The notes below the pieces were generated by a model, which saw nothing but the letters and a program-made list of their open reading frames with translations, did no database searches and was not told where the DNA came from. The translations under genes and the position numbers were made by a program. 64,000 nucleotides of DNA from Bacteroidia bacterium (GTDB taxonomy: Bacteria > Bacteroidota > Bacteroidia > CAIKAF01). Below are positions 38,051 to 47,105 of this stretch, piece by piece. Each line of letters opens with the position of its first letter. Within the stretch, counting starts at the first letter, position 1. The stretch is taken from assembly GCA_030427255.1 (NCBI GenBank), contig JAUHWY010000005.1, positions 23,776-87,775 of the forward strand, written 5' to 3'.

Positions 38051-38944
38051 ATGAAACCACGCGTGGTAAAAATTTCTAAAGATCGGTCCATAGGAGATGG
38101 GCAACCGTCCTACGTTATTGCCGAAATCGGCATCAATCATAATGGCGAAGTATCCATTGCCAAAAAACTCATTGATGCTGCCGTTGATGCCGGATGCGAT
38201 GCCGTTAAGTTTCAAAAGCGAACACCGGAAATTTGCGTTCCAAGAGACCAATGGGAAAAAGAAAGAGATACTCCTTGGGGCAAAATGACCTATATAGATT
38301 ATAAAAAGCGCATTGAATTCGAACGGGATGAATTTTCCGAAATCGACGCTTACTGTAAATCCAAAGGCATCGATTGGTTTGCTTCTTGTTGGGACGAGCC
38401 CTCAGTAGATTTCATGGAGCAATTTGAGCCGGTGATGTACAAAATGGCAAGTGCAAGCCTTACGGACCTGCCACTGTTGAGCAAGGTGCGGAGTACCGGT
38501 AGACCTTTAATGCTCAGCACGGGCATGAGTACCACCCACGAAATTGAGGTGGCAGTAAAGCATGTGGGTTTGGATAATCTAATGATTGCGCATTCTACCT
38601 CTGCCTATCCTTGCCCTCCTGAGGAGTTAAACCTACGCATGATCCACACCCTTATGGAGAAATACCCCGGTATTCCCATCGGGTATTCAGGACATGAAAC
38701 CGGCTTGGCTACCACCCAGGCTGCTGTGGCAATGGGCGCTTCGTTTGTAGAGCGTCACTTTACTTTAGATCGCGCCATGTGGGGCACCGACCATGCCGCA
38801 TCGGTAGAGCCTGCCGGAATGGCTCGTTTGGTACGCAACATTCGCGATATTGAACTTGCCATGGGAGATGGCGTTAAGAAGGTATACGATAGCGAAATTG
38901 AGCCAAGAAAGCGCTTACGTCGCGTGAGTCTCGACAACGAATAA
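38051..38944 (+). CDS. NeuB-family nonulosonic acid synthase (short form, no C-terminal SAF domain)
   Basis: IAEIGINHNG, AVKFQKR, LSTGMS, GYSGHE and ERHFTLDR motifs. Confidence 0.93.
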   Translation: MKPRVVKISKDRSIGDGQPSYVIAEIGINHNGEVSIAKKLIDAAVDAGCDAVKFQKRTPEICVPRDQWEKERDTPWGKMTYIDYKKRIEFERDEFSEIDAYCKSKGIDWFASCWDEPSVDFMEQFEPVMYKMASASLTDLPLLSKVRSTGRPLMLSTGMSTTHEIEVAVKHVGLDNLMIAHSTSAYPCPPEELNLRMIHTLMEKYPGIPIGYSGHETGLATTQAAVAMGASFVERHFTLDRAMWGTDHAASVEPAGMARLVRNIRDIELAMGDGVKKVYDSEIEPRKRLRRVSLDNE

Positions 38945-38975
38945 ACTTATATAGCCATAGCGGCGTTACTAAGGC

Positions 38976-40010
38976 ATGTTGGAGAGCTTAAAGTCCATTG
39001 AGTGGAGCTTGGAACTCGTTGGCACCTTAATTATTATGGGTGCGGCCGTATTGTTTGTGGTATTGGAGCGCTTGTTTCCTTATACCAAAGGCATCAGTGT
39101 TTTTAGACGTGGAGCGTGGATTGATTTTGTTTGGTACACGCTTATTCAAAGTTTCTTTCTCAAGATTCTGATATTTGACTGGATTATTGCTCCTCTGGAG
39201 CATGCTACTGGCGTGGCTGAGAGCGGCTATATAAGCCATTGGCCGCTTTGGGCCATTGTGCTGTTTTTTGTGGTTACCCATGACTTTTATATTTATTGGT
39301 TTCACCGATTTCAACACAGCAACAAGTGGTTTTGGCGCACGCACGAAGCACACCATTCGGTAGAACACGTAGATTGGTTGGCCGGGTCCAGGTCTCATAT
39401 GGTAGAAATTCTCATCAATCAAACCATTGAGTTTTTGCCCATCTTTTTCCTTTTGGATGTGGAAACGGCAGCCATAGTGGTACCCATTAAAGCACTTATT
39501 GATGCGCTTTGGGGTCAGTTTATTCACGCCAATATTCGGGTAAAGCTGGGGACCTTGGGCTACTTAATCAATGGTCCTGAATTGCATCAATGGCACCATG
39601 CCGATCACCCGGAAGTGTACCATAAAAACTTTGGGACGAAGCTGGCCATTTGGGATTGGGTGTTTGGGACGGCTTATTTACCAAACCACCGGCCCCAACG
39701 CTTTGGGGTGTGGTACCGTTTTCCCAGAGGCTGGTTCGAGCAACACGTTTTTTCGGTGTACCGATTTCATGTAGGACAGTTTGAAAGCTCCCCTTTTGGC
39801 CATGCCCTAGTCAATTTACGCAACCGCATATTGAATGGTTTGGGTCGCCTATTTCCAAAAGCTGTGCGCAACTTTTTATTCCCTCATGGTCCTTTGGGCA
39901 GTGAAGAAGCTTTTGGTCCTAAACCGGAGCTTTTTGACCGAAAAGCCGGAGTAAAGCCTAATCGGGTTTCGTCGGTTGCCAAGGACAATACCTACCTTAG
40001 TCCCCAGTGA
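38976..40010 (+). CDS. Sterol desaturase / fatty acid hydroxylase family protein
   Basis: His boxes HRFQH, HEAHH and HQWHH; KNFG...WDWVFGT; membrane segments. Confidence 0.9.
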   Translation: MLESLKSIEWSLELVGTLIIMGAAVLFVVLERLFPYTKGISVFRRGAWIDFVWYTLIQSFFLKILIFDWIIAPLEHATGVAESGYISHWPLWAIVLFFVVTHDFYIYWFHRFQHSNKWFWRTHEAHHSVEHVDWLAGSRSHMVEILINQTIEFLPIFFLLDVETAAIVVPIKALIDALWGQFIHANIRVKLGTLGYLINGPELHQWHHADHPEVYHKNFGTKLAIWDWVFGTAYLPNHRPQRFGVWYRFPRGWFEQHVFSVYRFHVGQFESSPFGHALVNLRNRILNGLGRLFPKAVRNFLFPHGPLGSEEAFGPKPELFDRKAGVKPNRVSSVAKDNTYLSPQ

Positions 40011-40441
40011 CTTTATCGGCGTTTTATATTGTAGTTGCTGCTTTGTTTCAAACCGGTTGGCTCTTGGCAACCAAAGCCTTAAACAAAGATGCGTTAAAGA
40101 ATGCCTTCCGATCCGGAACGCACCTTAAAGCACGTTGGCGCGGAATATGGCCCCCCTTGGCCTACTTAGGCACAGGCATTGGCAATATCGCCTTTTTGAC
40201 TTTATCTATGGAACATTTGCCGTCTTCGGTGGTATATGCCATGTGGACAGGGGTCGTTATGTTATTTGCAGCAGGAACAGACCGGTTATTATTCAACAAA
40301 CGGTTCAACCGCAAACAGTACATCTATTTAGCTATGGTATTGGCAGGAGCTGCCGGATTAAACTTTTTAAGCAAAAGCAATGGCGAAGAGGGTGTCAAAA
40401 AATTCCCTCAAGAAACTTCGCAATCCAACGTGCAACAGTAA
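40007..40441 (+). CDS. SMR/DMT-family small transporter subunit
   Basis: Four hydrophobic helices; LPSSVVYAMWTG motif; Gln in place of the usual TM1 Glu. Confidence 0.8.
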   Translation: MTLSAFYIVVAALFQTGWLLATKALNKDALKNAFRSGTHLKARWRGIWPPLAYLGTGIGNIAFLTLSMEHLPSSVVYAMWTGVVMLFAAGTDRLLFNKRFNRKQYIYLAMVLAGAAGLNFLSKSNGEEGVKKFPQETSQSNVQQ

Positions 40442-40442
40442 A

Positions 40443-40826
40443 ATGGCTTGGCTCTACCTTATATTGGCTTCGGTAATGGAAACGGCTTGGTTTATGTGCA
40501 TCCGAGCCTTGAGGGAGGTGGATTTTGGAGCCCTCAAGCAAGGGCGTATTGAAGATTTTGTAGGGGATGGTTGGGCCTTGGTGGCTTTGGTAGGATATGG
40601 AGTATTTGGTGTTTTGAATGCCTGGTTTTTATTTAAAGCCATGAAACACATTCCCTCTTCAACGGCTTTTGGGGTTTGGACCGGACTGGCACTAGCAGAA
40701 ATAACCTTGGTGGATGCATGGTGGCTAAATTTGCCACTTAGCCTTGGCCACTATGCTTGCATGGGCTTGCTCCTTTGGGGTGTTTTGGGGTTAAAACAAC
40801 AAGATAAAGCCGGCTCAGGTAACTAA
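40443..40826 (+). CDS. SMR/DMT-family small transporter subunit
   Basis: MAWLYLILASVMETAW (TM1 Glu) and IPSSTAFGVWTG motifs. Confidence 0.85.
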   Translation: MAWLYLILASVMETAWFMCIRALREVDFGALKQGRIEDFVGDGWALVALVGYGVFGVLNAWFLFKAMKHIPSSTAFGVWTGLALAEITLVDAWWLNLPLSLGHYACMGLLLWGVLGLKQQDKAGSGN

Positions 40827-40886
40827 AGTCACAGGGAGGCCGGGAAGTCGGCCAAAGCCCTTACATTTGTAAAAACCGCTTAGATT

Positions 40887-42515
40887 ATGTCTCTAGGATT
40901 TAGTCGGGTATATCCCGCATACAACGAACCCATTCATAGTTACGGCCCCGGAAGTGAGGAGCGTGCCAAACTGCAAGCCAAGTTAGAAGAGATGCGGCAG
41001 CAGCAGGTAGACGTTCCCATGTATATTGGGGGAAAGGAAATCCGCACAGGAAACAAAAAAGTACTTAGCTGTCCACACGACCACCAGCATGTGTTGGGTC
41101 ATTTCCATGAAGGAGATGCCGGCCATGTGCAACAGGCCATTGATGCAGCACTGGAAGCTCGTGAAAAATGGTCCAAGTTGCCTTGGGAAGACCGTGCATC
41201 GGTATTCCTAAAAGCAGCAGATCTGTTGGCCGGTCCCTACCGGGACGTGCTCAATGCTGCTACCATGTTAGGACAGTCCAAAAATGCCTTTCAAGCGGAA
41301 ATAGACAGCGCTTGCGAGCTTATTGATTTTTGGAGGTTTAATGTTTCCTACATGGAGGAAATATACAGCCAGCAGCCCAACAGCTCCAAAGGGGTTTGGA
41401 ATAGACTGGAGCAAAGGCCACTGGAAGGCTTTGTATTTGCACTTACTCCCTTTAATTTCACCGCAATTGCCGGAAATTTACCCACAGCTCCTGCCATGAT
41501 GGGTAATGTGGCTGTTTGGAAGCCCGCCAACAGCCAAATTTATGCCGCAAGAGTTATCATGGAAATCCTCATGGAGGCCGGCTTGCCTGACGGTGTAATT
41601 AATTTGATTTACGTTAGCGGTCCTGTGGCAGGCGATGTAATTTTTAACCACCGAGACTTTGCAGGTATCCACTTCACTGGCTCCACCGGAACCTTTCAAC
41701 ACATTTGGAAGACCATTGGCGCCAATATTGAAAAATACAGGAGCTATCCACGCATCGTAGGCGAAACCGGTGGAAAAGACTTTGTTTTTGCACACCCTTC
41801 GGCCAATGCCGATATCCTAATCACCGGTTTATCGCGTGGAGCTTTTGAATTCCAAGGACAAAAATGTTCCGCTGCATCGCGCGCATACATCCCCGAAAGC
41901 CTTTGGCCAACGGTAAAAGCCGGTTTGCTTCGCGATTTAGCAAGCTTTAAAATGGGGGGCACCGAAGACTTTAGCAATTTTATAAATGCGGTAATAGACG
42001 AAAAAGCATTTGATAGCATTACCGGATACATTGAGAAAGCGCGAGGTCTGTCTTCTAACGAAATCATTGCCGGAGGAGGTTACGACAAATCCAAAGGATA
42101 TTTTGTGGAGCCTACGGTTATCCTAACCAAAGACCCGCAGAGCATAACCATGGAAGAAGAGATTTTTGGTCCGGTGCTCACCGTATACGTATATCCGGAC
42201 CAAGAGGTAGAATCCACGCTTGACTTGGTCAATAGCACATCGCCCTATGCTTTAACAGGTGCTATTTTTGCCAAGGATAGGCATACCATTCAACACTTAA
42301 CCGAGCGCTTAAGAGATGCGGCCGGGAACTTCTATATCAACGACAAACCCACCGGTGCCGTGGTAGGACAACAGCCTTTTGGTGGAGCCAGAGCTTCCGG
42401 AACCAACGATAAGGCCGGTTCTATGATAAACCTTCTTCGCTGGGTAAGTCCAAGAACTATTAAAGAAACCTTTGTAGCACCCACAGACTACAGATATCCT
42501 TTCTTAGAAGAGTAA
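40887..42515 (+). CDS. pruA: L-glutamate gamma-semialdehyde (P5C) dehydrogenase
   Basis: PFNFTAI, FTGST, ETGGKD, GQKCSA, EEIFGP and SGTNDKAG motifs. Confidence 0.96.
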   Translation: MSLGFSRVYPAYNEPIHSYGPGSEERAKLQAKLEEMRQQQVDVPMYIGGKEIRTGNKKVLSCPHDHQHVLGHFHEGDAGHVQQAIDAALEAREKWSKLPWEDRASVFLKAADLLAGPYRDVLNAATMLGQSKNAFQAEIDSACELIDFWRFNVSYMEEIYSQQPNSSKGVWNRLEQRPLEGFVFALTPFNFTAIAGNLPTAPAMMGNVAVWKPANSQIYAARVIMEILMEAGLPDGVINLIYVSGPVAGDVIFNHRDFAGIHFTGSTGTFQHIWKTIGANIEKYRSYPRIVGETGGKDFVFAHPSANADILITGLSRGAFEFQGQKCSAASRAYIPESLWPTVKAGLLRDLASFKMGGTEDFSNFINAVIDEKAFDSITGYIEKARGLSSNEIIAGGGYDKSKGYFVEPTVILTKDPQSITMEEEIFGPVLTVYVYPDQEVESTLDLVNSTSPYALTGAIFAKDRHTIQHLTERLRDAAGNFYINDKPTGAVVGQQPFGGARASGTNDKAGSMINLLRWVSPRTIKETFVAPTDYRYPFLEE

Positions 42516-42535
42516 TGCTGTTTATTTGAACAATG

Positions 42536-42569
42536 AAAAAGACCTACCTAGTGTGGGTCTTTTTTTTTT
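42536..42569 (+). terminator. Intrinsic terminator of pruA
   Basis: AAAAAGACCTA/TGGGTCTTTTT stem with a long T run. Confidence 0.8.
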
Positions 42570-42581
42570 GCACAACAATGC

Positions 42582-42880
42582 TCATTCACCATTCATCATT
42601 TACCACTCATCATTCATCACTTTCCATTCATCATTCATCATTCACCATTTATCATTCATCATTCCGGCCCGGATGCTGTGAAAAGCCCGGAAAACCAAGC
42701 CTTAGGGCAGTGTGGGAAGCGGAGGCGGAGCGCAGCAAGCCCCCGCAAGCCCCACTGCCCTTAGGCTTGGTTTGAGGACTTGAAGCAAGCAGCCGGAAAT
42801 GCCGGCCAAAAACCATTCTTCACCATCCCTCCCTTCATCATTTATCATTCATCATTTATCATTCATCATTCACCATTCAT
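42582..42880. repeat. Heptamer repeats flanking palindromic element copy F (42662-42807)
   Basis: Degenerate TCATTCA units on both sides of a near-identical copy of 35214-35359. Confidence 0.9.
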
Positions 42881-42962
42881 TTTTCCCGCTTTCCAACCCT
42901 AGCTGTTAACAACAATATGGAAGCATTATTCATAAAAAAGCTGCTATGCGTATTTTTATGGG

Positions 42963-43274
42963 GTGAAAAAGATGGCATGGATAAAGCACCCTTGGCTAAG
43001 GAACCGATATGTTTGGACCGGTTTGGCCTTTGTTGTGTACATGTTGTTTTTTGACAGCAACCATTTACTTAGTCTCTACGATCTTAAATCCAGGCAAGAG
43101 GCCTTGAAAAAGGATGAACTTTGGTACAGGGAAAAAATTGAGGATATTCAGCGCAAGCTTAAAGAACTCAACAGCAACGAAGATCAATTAGAAAAGTTTG
43201 CGCGAGAAAGCTACCAAATGAAACGCGACGACGAAGAGGTTTTTGTTTTGGTAGACAGAAGCACCTTGGAGTAA
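42963..43274 (+). CDS. FtsB/DivIC septum formation initiator family protein
   Basis: One transmembrane helix (YMLFFDSN), a coiled coil, and LEKFARE.Y.MKR..E.VF. Confidence 0.9.
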   Translation: MKKMAWIKHPWLRNRYVWTGLAFVVYMLFFDSNHLLSLYDLKSRQEALKKDELWYREKIEDIQRKLKELNSNEDQLEKFARESYQMKRDDEEVFVLVDRSTLE

Positions 43275-44078
43275 TCAGCGTATGATTTGAGCATTTTCGA
43301 AGTGGTACTTTCCGTTTGAGCTTGACCAAACAACGGCAATAAAGCGAAGGCTTCCGGAAGCCCATTTCGAGTCTTTTGCAATGGTTAGGTCAAGTTTAAA
43401 GCTTTGTCCCCTATTGCCATTATCGGGACTAACTTCAAAGCCAAACGCATTACTTCCTCCGGCAGCACGCAACACATAAAGGTGCGTATGATTGGGTCCA
43501 ATTCCTTCTTGAGGTGAGGACACCTGATCTTGAACAACCCAAACATTAGCTAAAAGTGTCCCCTCCACTTCTTCATGTAAATATCCTCGCAGGGTAAACG
43601 AAAGCTCTTCTCCTTCGTCTTGGTTTCGAACTCCCTGCATGCCAATTCTGGCGGTTCGGTCAGATTCGGTACTTATGGCTTCCGAAAGCTCTGCTGCGGT
43701 ATTTAGACCGGAGGAGTTGGCTACAGCAAATGAGGGAATGGATTGCACGTTGAGGCCGGACTGCAAATTAACCCCTGCAGCACTAAACAAACTATCTTGG
43801 CTTAAAGCATATACGGCTACAGGAATATATCCGTCAGCTTGGTTGGCATAAGATTGAAAAATGGGAAAAGAAAAGGTGCCGCAAGAAGCACAATTAGAAG
43901 CAGTAAAGAAGAAAAGGGGGAACATACGGCTTTGGTCAGGATAACTGCAGCTTCCATCGTCTTCTCCTGCGTTTGGGTCATAGCTTATGGAGTTCGGGTC
44001 AGTGCAGCCCTTTTCCTCTCCACAGCCGGGAGCTAGCATACTTAATCCAAAAACAAACCAAACCAAGTATTTCACCAT
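43275..44078 (-). CDS. Lipoprotein with a CxxC / Omp28-like domain
   Basis: Lipobox-like APGC; GCTDPNSISYDPNA..DDGSC repeat; FTASNCASCG; H.YVLRA. Confidence 0.7.
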   Translation of the reverse strand: MVKYLVWFVFGLSMLAPGCGEEKGCTDPNSISYDPNAGEDDGSCSYPDQSRMFPLFFFTASNCASCGTFSFPIFQSYANQADGYIPVAVYALSQDSLFSAAGVNLQSGLNVQSIPSFAVANSSGLNTAAELSEAISTESDRTARIGMQGVRNQDEGEELSFTLRGYLHEEVEGTLLANVWVVQDQVSSPQEGIGPNHTHLYVLRAAGGSNAFGFEVSPDNGNRGQSFKLDLTIAKDSKWASGSLRFIAVVWSSSNGKYHFENAQIIR

Positions 44079-44197
44079 TATTACAATATACAATTTCCAT
44101 TCAAAATATAAGGCTCTATAAAGGATTTTTCTTTTCAAAAAAACCTGCAAAGGGGAGCTCATTATGCCCGCATCTAATAAAACCTGTATATTCGCTT

Positions 44198-45754
44198 ATG
44201 CCTCCTAAGCAACGTATGCCGTGGCCCAAGCTTTTGGTTGGAACGCTTTACTTGTTGGCCATTGGCTTTGCTGCGCTTCATTTTGAGCCCGGCATATATG
44301 CCTCCAATCTATTGGCCGGTTTATCCGATGGGCTTCCTTTAGGTGACCTTATCAAAAAGTCCGGAGAAGAAGGTACCGGCTTTTTGTGGGTCTTGCTTCT
44401 TTTTCTGCTTAAAAGCTTGGGACTAACCATTCATGGCATCCTTTATGTTCAGGCTTTTCTTGCACTTATTTTTGGTTGGGTAATTCTAAAGAAACAAAAA
44501 CCGGGACTTTTTCAGCAAACCCTACTTCTATGCAGCCCGGGTGTTTTGATTTACTGGGCTTGGCTCAGCCCCTTACCCTTATTGGGCTTGGCTTGGACTG
44601 CCGGTTTTTACTTTTGGCGCAAATCGCCGGGCTTGAGCATTCTTGCTTTAGCCTTTGCCGCCGGCCTTTCGTTTATAGGCGCTTTGGCCTCGGGAATGGT
44701 TATGCTCTTGCTCATGGCAGATTACTTTATTGGACTAAGTGCTGGTAAAACCAAGCCCTTTACCTATGGCCTAGGTTTTCTTTCCATAGCGGCTTTTGTT
44801 TGGGTTAGTGTTTCTGTAATTCTTTTGAGTCCAAATTACAACCACGAGCAGCTAAGTGCTATGAATCAAGGGCATTTAATCTATGGCCTTAAGCAATTGG
44901 CCAACGGCATATACCCAATGGCCATGCCCGAAGTAGGTTTCGATATTGTATGGATGCAACCCAACCTAAACCTTTTTTTCATTCTCTCTTTAATTCTTCT
45001 TATTCCCCTAAGCATTATTGAGTGTAAAGGAAAGATATTTGCCCTTTTGGCTGTTGGTGGCACGCTACTTCTTTCTCTTTTTCTGTCTCCCTATATTGCT
45101 TACAGTCAAATGCCTGAACGCGCATCTGCCTTATCTGTTTTTTGGATTTGTGCTATACTTTGGCAAGATTCTGCCCAACCCTTGTTGGGAAAAACAAAAG
45201 CTTGGTGGCAATGGCTCGAAAACAAAAGCCGGATTTTTCGCTATGCACTTTTAGCTCCACTCGCATTTTCAGGAATTTGGTTAAGCTATAATGCCGCTAA
45301 AACAACGTATAGCCCAGCCAAGGAATTATCGGCTTGGGTGCAAGACAGGTCCAATGCAAAACAAACCGTAATGGTTTGGCCTCAGCAGCATGCCTCCTTG
45401 TTAGCCGTAAGGTTGAATCGACCGGTTTGGTCACCCGGACGAGGCAATCTTATTTGGCACCGAGACCCACATCGACAACCTGCGGACATACCAGAAGAAG
45501 AACTCTTGAAGCGGCTTAATGCCGATCCTAAAATTCAAGAAGAGGAGGGCTGCCTCTTAATTACCCAAGTTTTACTTAACGAGCATCAGGTAGACGCAGG
45601 TGGCATCGTCTATGCCGACCAAAGCATTTACATACGGTATTTGAGGAATTGGGCCTATGGAAAAGGTCTCCAAGAAACGCTCTATGCGGCCTATTCGGTG
45701 CAACCCAATCCAGGAGGCTACATTAAATACAGAGAGCCTGCCTCCGGTCGTTAA
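44198..45754 (+). CDS. Polytopic membrane protein, possibly GT-C glycosyltransferase-like
   Basis: About 11-12 hydrophobic segments and a C-terminal soluble domain; EGTGFLW loop after TM1. Confidence 0.65.
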   Translation: MPPKQRMPWPKLLVGTLYLLAIGFAALHFEPGIYASNLLAGLSDGLPLGDLIKKSGEEGTGFLWVLLLFLLKSLGLTIHGILYVQAFLALIFGWVILKKQKPGLFQQTLLLCSPGVLIYWAWLSPLPLLGLAWTAGFYFWRKSPGLSILALAFAAGLSFIGALASGMVMLLLMADYFIGLSAGKTKPFTYGLGFLSIAAFVWVSVSVILLSPNYNHEQLSAMNQGHLIYGLKQLANGIYPMAMPEVGFDIVWMQPNLNLFFILSLILLIPLSIIECKGKIFALLAVGGTLLLSLFLSPYIAYSQMPERASALSVFWICAILWQDSAQPLLGKTKAWWQWLENKSRIFRYALLAPLAFSGIWLSYNAAKTTYSPAKELSAWVQDRSNAKQTVMVWPQQHASLLAVRLNRPVWSPGRGNLIWHRDPHRQPADIPEEELLKRLNADPKIQEEEGCLLITQVLLNEHQVDAGGIVYADQSIYIRYLRNWAYGKGLQETLYAAYSVQPNPGGYIKYREPASGR

Positions 45755-45817
45755 CGACAGGTAAAGCCCGATTAAGGCATATACCTAAACCGAATCAAGG
45801 CCTGCACCTATTTTTGG

Positions 45818-47104
45818 CTACCAAGAAATAATGACCTGCCCGTGTCCGGTTTGAAAGCCGGGGGTATTGGTTTGGTTGGTGCCGCTGTTGTAGGAACCGC
45901 CCCCACCACCACCGTAATAATAAGTGGTACCGCCGGCGCCACCACCTGAGTATCCTCCTCCGGCACCTGCCGCATGACCTGCGTTACCGCAGCAATTGGC
46001 ACCGCCGCCGCCACCGCCGCCATAGCCGCCATTTCCTCCATAGTTTGTTGCATTCTTCCCGCCCGGGTTTTGGACAATAGAAAGCCAGCCCTTACCACCT
46101 GCACTTCCTCCGAATCCGTCTTGGCCGTTTGACCCTCCAGGGGCATCATTGAACTGATCATGGCTACGTGAACCGCCGCCGGTATTGGTAGTAACTCCAT
46201 CTTTGCCATAATAATGTGGCGCTCCATTATTGGTTAGTGAAGAGGCTCCACCTCCTCCGGCTGCAATCAGCGGCTGTGCCGTTTGCCCCTGCACCCAAAC
46301 AAAGCTGCCGCCGCCGCCGCCGCCACCGCCATTGGCTGTGTTTCCGCTTGTAGCATCGTTGCCCTTTTGACCCACAATAATTTGCAAGACTTGGCCGCCC
46401 TGGACATTAAAGGTTCCCTGCATGCGGGCACCTTGGCCACCCAAATCTTGAGAAACCAAGCCAAAATTATCGCCTCCTTGTGCTCCACGGCAATCTATAG
46501 AAATGCTACTGACACAGGCAGGAACAGTCCAATTTTGGATACTCCCTGTGTAATTGAAGGTTTGACTTCCCGAGGGGCAATTGATTATCGTAAAGCTCAA
46601 GCTGGAGGAGTCACTACAGCCTTGGGAATCAGTTACCACTAGACTTACTTGATAGGTTCCGGTTTGGGTCCAAGTAACCGAAGGGTTGGCCGAAGAAGAG
46701 GATGCCGGCGTTCCCGAAGCAAAAGTCCAGGCATAGGAAGCCGCTCCGGGAACGGATTGAAAACTTACCGAACTATTGACACTGCCTTGACTAACTCCGG
46801 GAGTAATCGTGGGGTCTGGTGTGGTGTTGCAATTGCAGGCTACGGCTCTCCATCCTGTAGGGAAATAGGTTTCTTGGCACTCCGTGTCGGTATTGTAAAT
46901 TTGCAAGCCCCGAGTTGGGTTGGCAATGGCATTGCGCTGTGCACTGGTAAGCCGCGGTAAAAGCAGTCCTCCTTGTGTACTTCTAACTTCCAACATAGCA
47001 TCTGAACTGGGTTGTCCGGGCGTATCACTAATTAATACCCCTTGAGCAAACCCTTGGCTTGCAAACAGCAAAAGAGCAATCCCTAAAAATCTGTCAATCA
47101 ACAT
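45818..47104 (-). CDS. Exported PKD + glycine-rich domain protein
   Basis: Signal peptide; QGVLISDTPGQ..SDAMLEVRSTQGGLLLPRL; PKD; GAQGG...GHGQVIISW. Confidence 0.85.
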   Translation of the reverse strand: MLIDRFLGIALLLFASQGFAQGVLISDTPGQPSSDAMLEVRSTQGGLLLPRLTSAQRNAIANPTRGLQIYNTDTECQETYFPTGWRAVACNCNTTPDPTITPGVSQGSVNSSVSFQSVPGAASYAWTFASGTPASSSSANPSVTWTQTGTYQVSLVVTDSQGCSDSSSLSFTIINCPSGSQTFNYTGSIQNWTVPACVSSISIDCRGAQGGDNFGLVSQDLGGQGARMQGTFNVQGGQVLQIIVGQKGNDATSGNTANGGGGGGGGSFVWVQGQTAQPLIAAGGGGASSLTNNGAPHYYGKDGVTTNTGGGSRSHDQFNDAPGGSNGQDGFGGSAGGKGWLSIVQNPGGKNATNYGGNGGYGGGGGGGANCCGNAGHAAGAGGGYSGGGAGGTTYYYGGGGGGSYNSGTNQTNTPGFQTGHGQVIISW

Positions 47105-47105
47105 A

